DNA of 63,097 bases, filler included, from Octopus bimaculoides (Eukaryota): NCBI RefSeq assembly GCF_001194135.2. It is 4 parts of 4 records of this genome, joined end to end, with 100 filler letters (N's around TTAATTAATTAA, not from the genome) between each part and the next. Parts side by side here need not be neighbours in the genome. Positions count along the whole stretch, not along the records: positions 52,023 to 63,097 come from NC_068990.1; 3 more parts are not named here. One strand, given 5' to 3'. Positions 53,186-63,097 of the stretch are shown here, piece by piece. Each line of letters opens with the position of its first letter. Position 1 is the first letter of the stretch. A program made the position numbers and the translations under genes. A model generated the notes under the pieces. It did no database searches, had not been told where the DNA came from, and was given only the letters and a program-made list of their open reading frames with translations.

Positions 53186-53974
53186 AAGTGGTTCTCAGAC
53201 GATACATTGCGGTGCCATAGGAGACAGCAAATTTGTACAGGTACTCTACTGGTTATTTAAAATGCTACTTTAGGCTTTAGAAAATCCATACATAAGTCCC
53301 AACAAGTTAAAAACCACGTTTTTCGTAATATTCTTATATTCAATTATATATATATATATGATTATCATTCGACCGATTAGGCTTAAATATCCAAATATTG
53401 GCTCATGCGCCGTTTTCTACATGTGGTCACGTGATGGGTTATACATCGATCTAGCCTTTCTGGCTTTATGCAGGCTTTCATCCCATCACGTGACAGATCA
53501 GCCGAGCGCGGGCTAATTTATGTCTATTCGCTGGAATCCATCATCAGCTTTAAAGCTTTCCCGCTATTTTTCAGTGAGGTGGGATTGTGCGGTCGAGTTT
53601 GGATCTCGGCAGAGGAAGTTTATTTCGCAGGTAACCTTTGATACGTACCTCTTTCCTGTCTTCGAGCAGAAGTCATGTCACGTTCTTGTTTTCCTGTTCT
53701 ATTCAAGAACGAACTGCATGATAAACCAATATGTATATATACTGACAATACCATTCAAGATGTATTACAACAGCTTTTCCTTTATCTCCATACACATTTA
53801 TATTGGAATTCAAACCAGCTTAATTCTTCAACCAACTCACCTCGTTAAACCTCTATAAATATAAATTTTTGTTTAATTTTCTTGTGTTTTAGTTTTCTTT
53901 TTTTTTTTGCGGCCTCCTAAAAAACGTCCAGGTTTTGGATCTGGCTTGGATATTAAAAAGGTTTAGAACCACTG
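53186..53974. mobile_element. Possible non-autonomous hAT element
   Basis: Left aagtggttctcagac and right reverse-complement cagtggttctaaac resemble CAGTGGTTCTCAA-type hAT TIRs. No matching 8-bp TSD seen. Confidence 0.4.
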
Positions 53975-54559
53975 TCCTACAGTGTCAGATGACAGTCGTA
54001 GCCAAGGTTTTGTTGACAGTATAAGTTGGTCAGTTGTAACTTTGGTGTAGAGGCTTTAACCCTGCTCGTAAATCATACTATCTAATTTCATCTGTATCAT
54101 ATTTTCTTAGTAGATTATTACAATTGAATGAACAAAGACTATCAAATGAATATAAGACTATTGAAAGTGAGGCACATCTTAGCTTTTGCTGAAGTATGTT
54201 TGTAGGAGAAGTTACTACTTGGTTCACAACTACACTGAATGTATACTTTCAACAATCTTATAGTATGTCAGACACTAACCCAGAATTTTTAAGTTCCTGT
54301 GCGATTGCTAGATAGTCATTGACCTTATATTGGGTTCATCCATTCTTTGACAGGTATTGTTTTACTGGGTTTCTAGCAGTGCCCTTTAACAAGTAATCCT
54401 GGTGGGAAAGCCAATTTAATTGTTGACAACCAGACCGATATTTTATTATATCTTCCTGTTCATCATTTGACATAAATTCATTATCTTCAACAAAGGTATT
54501 GTATTTCATTCATATAAGAATAACTGATAGCTATAGTGTTCAGTGACACAGTTTAGAAC

Positions 54560-54890
54560 TTATGATAGCAGGTTTAGGTCGATTACCAAATAGAAAAGCT
54601 ATCGCTTATTGATTTGTGACAAATTTGTATTTTTGTGCTAATAAGTAATGCAACATTTTTCAAGTAATTTGACTATTGCAAGGGTTTCTAACCTACATTT
54701 CTTTTCAAAACCATTTAATCTAAGTGAATAGAAGCAAATTGGTTGCCAATTTTGCATTATTACAGAATCTATTGATGATATAGACACATCTGTTTTAAAA
54801 GTAAGTTGTGAACCAGGTGGCAGAACAGATAATGAAGCCGTAGCAATACTGTCTTTCAGTTTCTTAATTGCATCAACATATTCAGCTGAT
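54560..54890 (-). mobile_element. Ty3/Gypsy pol RNase H remnant
   Basis: AIKKLKDSIATASLSVLPPGSQLTFKTDVSISSIDSVIMQNWQPICFYSLRLNGFEKKCRLETLAIV (54886-54638), then shifted HYLLAQKYKFVTNQ. Matches the TDAS...Q...PI.F.SR.L...E...E.LAI pattern. Confidence 0.65.
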
Positions 54891-55489
54891 AATAGTAACG
54901 TTGATATTGTTTAGCTTCAAAGAAGGATAGTGCAATTTCAGCACATCATTATATACAATAATATACAATTAACCTAATAAAACACTCAAAACTGGGATTT
55001 TTTTCTAGGCATAGGAGACCTGAATGACGATGATAGCATGTCTGGGCCCGGCTGAATATTTTCTTCTCTAAAAACGTCGCCTAGGCACAATAATTCTGTT
55101 AAATATTAATTTTTTTTTTTTAATGATAACCTATTTCATTCGAATAAAAGATAGCAAATTTTTATTGTGGACCTTTTTTCTCCTCCCCNNNNNNNNNNNC
55201 CCCCCCCCCTATATCACCACACCAAAGCTTTTTTAAGTCCTACACATTTTCTAATTACTTTGCTAAAAATAGCTATTCGATTAGTAATTTTAAAAGATAA
55301 TCACGTAAATTGGAATAATTCATTATTTTCTATGATGCCTACAAAATGTTCCTTTCGGAGAAGCGAAGACATTGACAATATGCCAAACGAAGGCCGACAG
55401 AACTGAAATGATGATTTCCCTGAATTTAACTTCAAACATCAATAATGATTGGAATGAGAAATACGGTTAGATAGTTTTATCTACTAATA

Positions 55490-55706
55490 TTGGTTTCAAA
55501 TTTTAGCACAAAGCTAGCAAGTTCAGGGGAGAGGAAAAGTCGATTACATGGATCCCAGTGCTCAACTGGTACTTATTTTATCGACCCCAAAGGGATGAAA
55601 GGCAAAATCGACCTCAGCGGAATTTGAACTCAGAACATAAAGAAGGACGAAAAGCCGCTGAACATTTTGTCCGCCGTGCTAACGATTCTGCCGGCTCGCT
55701 GCCCTT
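55490..55706 (-). mobile_element. Full-length tRNA-derived SINE
   Basis: Same head, core and tail motifs. Confidence 0.88.
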
Positions 55707-55904
55707 GTAGCCACTAATATCAGATACTTAATGGACCATTTTTACCTCCACTTTGTTGAATAATACTTCTTTTAATTGTTCCCTCAGCAGCAGATTATGA
55801 ATTGTAACTTTAATGAGCAATTCCGAGTAGAGCAACGGAAAGGTATTGCTTTCACAGTAAACATTATAAGTTTCAAAGGTTTGTCCAACGTAGTATTGTC
55901 GCAG

Positions 55905-58795
55905 ATTCAAAACCGAATCCCTGAAATAACTGAATAAAAGTCAGTTTGACTTAGATAAGTTGCGTAGGCTACTGGAAACTCAACATGTCCCTTTTGGCTG
56001 ATAAGGAGTACAGGAGTCGGATTTGGATGCTAGTGATAAGGGTATTGACTGGTGCCATTATAAACAACAAATGGTGGTATGCCCTCAAAAGAACCATAAA
56101 GTTCGAGTCCATTAGATGTAGCAAAGAGTTAGTTGCTAAGAGAAATAGGATAGAAAGGGACTTAACTAAGGATTTAGAAGAGGCACTGAGGTCTGGCTCT
56201 GTACCACAAGTTTTGGCGGCGATATTGGTTCTCAACCAGCACCTCGAAGCTAAACACGAGGGGTGCATAGTCAGGGCAAAGCAGCATGCAATGGGACAAG
56301 AAGGAATTAAGTCGGCCGGCTTGGCTCGTATGAGAGATGCAACAAGGCAATGACGCCAGAATAAGGTCTTTGATAAACCAGCAGGAGAACTTGGTAAACG
56401 AACCCGAGGAGCATTTCAGGAGCATTTCGCTCAGCTTTTTGGGAGGAGCTGTGGACCGGAGTGCAAGAGGGACCTCGCAGACTTCCTCGCCGGTTTGCCA
56501 CGTCTCTCGGGGCGGGAAGCGGAAAGCAGTGAAGGACAGATCACAGTTGTGGAAATGGAAGAGGCTTTGTCGGACTGCGACGGGGACAAGTCGCTGGGGC
56601 TTGATGGTCTTCCCTACGAGCTATATTATAGTATGCCAGACTTGTTTGGGCACCTACTTGCATGTGTCTTTGCCAACTAGCAGCAGAATGGGTTTACACC
56701 CAGGTCTGTGAGCCGAGTGGTAGTGACACTGCTAAGAAAGTACCCAAACAAAGGGGACGTTGTAGATAATTTCTGGCCCATCACTCTGCTTAACACAGAG
56801 CTGAAGATTTTGGCCAATGTACTAGTGAAAAGATTGGCGCGTGTCGCGGGTGGACTCGTCAGGAAGGCACAAACGTGTGCCATTCCCGGCATATCCATCC
56901 AGGACAATCTCCATCTTACCTTACGGAAGGGGTATAAAATTTCTAGCAAGGCTGAAGCTCTGGTCCATTTAGACCAGGCTAAAGCTTTTGACAGAGTTGA
57001 CCATCAGTATCTAGTGTCGGTCCTTGAGGCATTCGGGCTGCTCCATAGCTTTCTTAGTTGAATCACTGCTCTTTACAGCAACATCGATTCGATCGTTCGG
57101 GTGAACGGTTTCCTTTCGGAGCCGTTCTCCATCAAGCGCTCAATACGACAAGGATGCCTTTTTCTCCACTCCTGCATGTATTGGCTCTCGAGACTTGCTG
57201 CAGAAGTTGGGGGCTATGAAGAGTGTCCCATGAGATCTAAGTTATGGAAGGTTTGTATCGACGTTCGCGGATGATATTACCATCATCGTATCCGAAGTCA
57301 AACACCTACAGAGGGTAGGTAAGGCCATTAAGGAATACGTGGTGGTGGCAGGAGCAAAAATTAACCGTGAGAAGTCAGTCGGCTTGCAACTTGGCACCTG
57401 GAGGGACAAGTCGATACCTCCCAACAACGTCGTGGGACGTTGGGCGGAGGGCCCGGTTAAAATGCTAGGAAACTCGTTTGGTCCGGACTTCCAGATAGAA
57501 AAGAACTGGAGCGAGGTGATCCTCCTAACCTAGACTTGATCTGAGCGGTGGCTATCCCTGAAAGGGAGGGCGGAGGTCACAAATGTGTTTGCTGCATCTG
57601 TGATTACCTACCGCCTAACCGTCGTGCCTTCCGCTTTTTGTAGGGGAGAAAGACTCCTTTTGTAAGGCGTTCTATCTGCTGCCAAAGACCGCTGAAGGGA
57701 TGCCGTGGCTAAAAAAACGCTTATGGATGCCATGGCTAAAGATGCGCAGACATGCTTTGAGGCTAAGACATCTCTGGATCTACCTGGATGGAGAACAGGT
57801 GTGGTCCCCGTTCGTCGAGGTGACTTTTCCAAAGTTCACTAAGTTTTAGTGAACTGACTTCTTGGATTAAGTGTAGATCGAAAGCAGAGGCTTGGCAGGC
57901 CGAATGCAGCCAAGCCTTCCGTCTTCTCTCTCACACGGGTAGCGCCTGTGGTCAGGGTTCCACCTCGTTGTTCTATAGAGGGTTCATAGAAGCAAAGTGT
58001 GACGATACCCTGGAAGACGCCATGGGTCTCGACGATGGTCAACTAGCTGGCCTGTTCCGACATACATTCCAGACAGGGACCTTGGATAATTTTCAAAAGT
58101 CCCTGGTTTGGCAGTGTTACAGAGGAGCCTTACCTGTTCGTGATAAATTCGCAAGGCATGGAGGTCAGTGTTCGCCGACTTGTCCAAGATGTGAGCAGGA
58201 CAGAGAAATGGTCCGGCACGCTATTGTACAATGTCCGAAAATCTCGAAATTGTGGGTTTATGTCGAACAGCTACTGTTCCGTACAGCTGTCGTCCGAATC
58301 AATCATTAAGATTACTCCGCCGTCTTCTTTTAACAAGGAAGAAAAGGTTTGTTTTCTGGTTGTAATTGCTATAGCAAAAGAGGCAGTATGGAAGTTTCGA
58401 ATGACAGTAGTAGCGACAGACGTCTTCACCTCCAGCCAAGGTTTAGTAACCCTTATTTTCCATCTCAATAGGAAAATACGGCTGGAGAGGAGATGTCTGA
58501 TGTCTGCGATATATAACAAAAGATGGAAGAAAGTGACGCGAATGCTGGGTATAAATGACCAGACGTAAATGTAAACAATGAAGAAAAATTAAAAGGTCTC
58601 AGTGGTGGCACGGAGCTTGTGGGGTCGGAGCCGAACCCGTCCCCCACTGCATTGTATTGTCCTTGTTTGCTTAAATCATACGCTATATTTTCGGAAATTT
58701 TTAATTTGTCCATTTCTTTGTAAAATTCATTCGTTTTTATCTACCCGTATTTTGTATTGTCCCTTCTGTGTTGACCCCTTGTGGGCAATAAAGAA
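55905..58795 (+). mobile_element. Tx1/L1-clade LINE, 5'-truncated ORF2 with stops and frameshifts, plus 3' UTR
   Basis: EN end (WKLNMSLL), GDKSLGLDGLPYELY, WPITLLNTELKILA, LDQAKAFDRVDH, TFADDITIIV at about 57260, zinc knuckle CPRCEQDREMVRHAIVQC. Ends ccccttgtgggcaataaagaa. Confidence 0.92.
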
Positions 58796-59472
58796 TCAGA
58801 CCTTCTAGAATATTCTCCCAAGTCTTATAAATTGGTGAATTTTGGGTGCTAAACCTCAAAATGTTGGAGACTGTCACCGTGACAACGACATTCTTATTTT
58901 CATTCTGCAGGAGCAGAAACCGTATGCCAAACATTGGTTTTAACAAATTCATATTTCTGTTTCCCCAGCTGGGCCGTCATGAATTTAGTCGTGACAACGC
59001 AGTCCTGGGGGCTACTAAGCAACAATTTTGTTGTAACTACGGAGGTTGTCTTTCTCTCAAAGTGTACAAATTGTTGTCCGTATTCTTCATTCAAAGACCA
59101 AAATGGAAAACACTGTATACAGTAAACAAAGCTTCTGTTAATTATTCACAAGCGTTGTTCATCATTTACACGCAGACAGTAACTCAACGCATCCACCAGA
59201 GAAACACCAGCTCCCATGACATTATTAAATCTTGAATCAACACATACAGCTGACGCAGTTAAAAAGTGAAAGATTACCTTTTAAATTCAATCTGAAGGGA
59301 ATGAAATTGAAATAATGCAGAAATTTCCAAGATGACTGAATTAGATATTTCACGGACATGAAAAACTTTTCTCACTGTATCGCAATTGTTCATTTAGTAT
59401 CGTCTTTCCAATGTTAAGCTTGTTTCCATCAACATTTTGTGTTTTTTTTTAGATGATTTGGGTATGATTTAA

Positions 59473-59733
59473 GGTAATCTTCAAGTTTAGGGGGGTAAAA
59501 AAAAGTAAATAAAAATATTCAAGGGAAATAACTGAACGACTTACCAGTATTATCCGTTTTCTTCTAGCTGTTTATAAATAAATCACACCCTAACCCTAAC
59601 CCTAACGTCAATCAAATCACGTGTGTGATTTATTTATAAACAGAGATGTACGGAAAATACTGGTAAGACGTTCAGTTACTTCCCTTGAATATTTTTATTT
59701 ATTTTTTTTATCCCCCTAAACTTGAAGATTACC
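59473..59733. mobile_element. Fold-back MITE with ~115-bp TIRs and 9-bp TSD
   Basis: TIR GGTAATCTTCAAGTTTAGGGGG at both ends. Flanks atgatttaa / atgatttac. The loop contains (CCCTAA)3. Confidence 0.85.
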
Positions 59734-60564
59734 ATGATTTACTACCATTTTTTTTTCGCAATACCTTCAAGAATCAAGAATAATTTTTTACCATTATGAA
59801 TTATCCACCGTTGAATGTATAGTCTCAAAAGAGGGTGTTTAATGGGATGCTACAGCTAATGTTATTTGTTTTCGCCAAGTCTTATTAAAACGTTCTATCA
59901 TCTTACAATTGAGATATTGTATATCAACAGCAGCGGGGCACATTGTGAGATTTTGGAGAGGTTTTGACCTGAATCGAAGTTAATTTCCCAACAGTCGCAG
60001 GAGAAAGATCATTGTAATTCATGGTAAGGCTATCCAAAAAGATTAATAGTGGACTCTTCCACCGGGACTGTAGAAACGAAACGTTATTTTGCAACGTAAA
60101 GCTTTTCCTTCTTTATGAGATAAAGCAAAGCTATAACAAACTGCCTTTCAATCGTTTTCCTTTTTTTTTTTTTCTTAAGTTCTAGGGGAAAAGCATTTTT
60201 AATAGACTCTTCCACGAATGATATAGAAAATTTACAATATTTTGATGTTTTTCTAAAAGAACTGTCAAAAATTATTAATGGGTTGTCCAAGCTGTCGTAT
60301 TCATAAATAGTCTTATTCATTCGCGGAGTATAGTTTTGCTGCCAGTAAATTTAGATGCTATGAGATTTTTTTGCTCTTGAATAGAATGTAATATCTTCTT
60401 TAACCTCCTCTTTTGGAGTACCTAGCAACTGCATCTCTCAAAATTAACATAAATCCAGTTTATCGTTTTCATCAAGTTCCATAAAACTAAAATAGCTTTT
60501 CAAACTGGATAAATTTATCATAGGGCTCCGCAAAAGTATTCTTTAATATTGAGAGGGATGTTTA

Positions 60565-60785
60565 AGGCGGTGAGCTGGCAGAATCGTTAGCATGCTGGGG
60601 AAAATGTTTAGCGGCATTTCGTCCATCTTTAGGTTCTGAATTTAAATTCTGCTGAGTTCGACTTTGCCTTCCATCCTTTCGGAGTCGATGAAATAAGTAC
60701 CAGTCGATCACTGGGGTCGATGTAATCGACTTACGCCCCTTCCCCGAAATTTCTGACCTTTCTGCCAAAATTTGAAACCAATATA
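60565..60785 (+). mobile_element. Full-length tRNA-derived SINE
   Basis: aaggcggtgagctggcagaatcgttagc...gtcgatgaaataagtaccag...aaatttgaaacc. Confidence 0.88.
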
Positions 60786-61079
60786 GATCGGATGGTTGAT
60801 TCATATTGATGACGTAGTTGATTACTGTAACTTCTGAATTGTGAAAATTGTATCCCGTAATTTCAATGAGTCAATATGCAATGATAGATGTATTTTATAC
60901 TTCATGAGTTGACGACCAACGGAATTGTTTATTCACTTTTTATAAATGACGAGCTATCCTGCCACAGACCAGTATGTGCATGTTTTCTCGCAATCTCACA
61001 TAATTCTACTGCTGTCAGTAATTAAGACAAGAATAGAATTTCCCCTATTTATCTGCAGTCAGTCATCGCAACAATGGCA

Positions 61080-61640
61080 GCTTATGGCTTCGGCTTATAT
61101 CTTGTTAAGCTTTCTCCATACTGGTCTGTTTTTCATTTGAGTTTGCCATTTACATTCCTTTCCACATCATATTCCTTTTTGCAGTATCTTTGAATCTCAG
61201 TGTAGGTTTTCCGTGCTTTCTTTTCCCCTGACATAGTTGGGAGTAAGGGAGTTGTCTGGGAGTCTGCTACTGTCCCGACCAACGTAAATGTCTATCAATG
61301 AGGATTTCCATCATTGGAGGCAGACCAACACGCCGAAGGAGCCCTTCATTTCTGACCTTGTAATAATCTGTCGCAGCTGTCTCGTCATATATGCACGTAA
61401 CTTGCATATTTGAGCTTTATAGACTGTTCAGGTTTCAACGCCATAAAGACAAAGATAGAATCTTCCTTATAGGCTATGTTAAAAAAAATAACGGATGGTA
61501 ACTCACTGGAAACCTTTCATCTCGTCATAAGTCTACTTCATCATGACTGCCCTAGAGTTAAAAAGGCCATCAGCAAAACCACCAACGTGGGCTCTCTGCA
61601 TAATTGCTCAACAGCAGGATTTATTAAATAATATAGACTT
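61080..61640 (-). mobile_element. RTE-clade LINE 3' remnant, heavily decayed
   Basis: KVRNEGLLRRVGLPPMMEILIDRHLRWSG and YSQLCQGKRKHGKPTLRFKDTAKRN, typical of RTE ORF C-termini. Confidence 0.7.
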
Positions 61641-62759
61641 GATACACTGTTGTCAAAAAGAAAAAAAAATTGGTTAGTCACTTGATAGAAAGCTTTTGAT
61701 CTACTTCATTGAAAATGCCAACGTGTGGAATCTCTTTATAGTTAACCAATCTGCAAAGAAGAGAAAGAAACCATATTTCTCTCAAACCACATCGTACCAA
61801 CTATCTAAAAACGAAAAAAAAAAAATTCATAACCGATTTACGCAGAGGAACATAGTTTGATCTATTACTACAATAGCTGACTTTAGTAGTATCTGAACTG
61901 CTGAAAAAGGGGACACAATTAAAGGCTATAAGACATTTAATCCGGCACTCTACAAATTTGGCTAACATGCCACATTTGTTAGTAAGACAAAAAAAAAAAA
62001 ATAAATAAATGTCTACTTCGATTTTCTTTTTTTTTTAGCTGAAGGAATAAAACAAAATGTGTCTTCTTTAGAAATCAGTTATCTCTGAAAATTGTCAATA
62101 TTGCGCTCACCCAAGAATATTTTCTTTTATTTTTATTGCATACTTTGCCTATTTATTTCTTTATTTTGTTTTTCGCTTTTGACAGGGATCATTTATACGC
62201 TTTTTATCATGGCAACAATGAAAAGAATTGTTGTTGTTGTTGTTGTTATTGCAGTCGTAGTTATTGTAGTTGTTGTAGTATATTGAACATTTTGTCGTCT
62301 GTTCAGTGGAAATGTATGAGTAAAAATGGAAACAATAATTAAGCTAAGATTTGACGTTGTCTTTGCTTTAGAATGTAATTTTCTTATTTTCTATTGGTGG
62401 AGGCAGAGAGGGTGAGACAAGAAGGTGAAGGAGAATGCGTGAAAAATAATAGGTTTTCTAGTGTGAGGGATTATGGTACGCACAATTTGTATTGAACTTG
62501 CTTTGAGACACAATAAGATGATCGGCGAGAACTGTCAATTCCATCTGGGTGAGGTGTTAACAGCATCACTGCAGAGTTTTAGAAAGTAATTTTCTAGTTG
62601 AGTGTTGACGTAATGGGACAAAGATGCTAATGAACAAAGGTCGGTCAGAAATCTTTATGAAACGGCGATGGAGAATCAACAATGACATTACGAATGAGAT
62701 ATCGTGCCGTGTCTTAAGGATCTCTCTCTCTCTCTCACTTTTATGCTCATATATATGCA

Positions 62760-62812
<53 letters not shown>

Positions 62813-63097
62813 ATACACACTTTTATGCCCATACATATGCACACACTTTCTCTGTCTCTTACGCACACACTCTCTTTTTCTCCTCACTCTCTCTCTCCTT
62901 TCTACTCTCTCCTTCTCTCCTTGCTTCTCTCTTTTTCTTTTACACTCTCACATTCTTATATATACTCACACCGCTTCTCGATTTCTCCCACCCCTTCTCT
63001 CTCTCTCTCACACACACATTCTTATGTTCATATATACTCGCAGTCTATCAATTTCTCTCTTCCACTCTCTTTTCTCTCTCTCTCTCTCTCTCTCTCT

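Noticed and set aside
58846-59235. Overlapping ORFs with acceptor-like sites downstream of the LINE
   Set aside because: No recognisable motif. Several frames are equally open, so no model can be chosen.

Overview
Eukaryotic, AT-rich, gap-ridden draft-assembly sequence. It is dominated by microsatellites and transposon debris. The tRNA-headed SINE families, (TA)n/(CA)n/(AAT)n/(GAT)n density and LINE types resemble a coleoid cephalopod (Octopus-like) genome; that assignment is inference from family resemblance, not a search. Nearly all ORFs in the track are microsatellite or N-gap artefacts. No complete, recognisable host gene is present, only weak candidate minus-strand exons at about 0.9-14.2 kb. 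Recognisable elements: many tRNA-derived SINEs, a decayed Tx1/L1-clade LINE (55.9-58.8 kb) plus fragments, a 5'-inverted RTE LINE, CR1-like 3' ends, two mariner remnants, a Gypsy RNase H remnant, a Penelope GIY-YIG remnant, a 5S rRNA retrocopy and MITEs. The most notable signal is RNA-structural. At least five sequence-distinct type-I hammerhead ribozyme (HHR) motifs occur, most of them in Penelope-style inverted repeats, and two have all core nucleotides intact (50684-50731, 51340-51401). One HHR forms the tail of a tRNA-headed short element, suggesting a Pol III SINE mobilised by Penelope-like machinery. A second system is a SINE carrying the Tx1 LINE 3' tail, found twice abutting the same position in another SINE's head. 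All alignments and folds were done by eye, and SINE/LINE boundaries are approximate.
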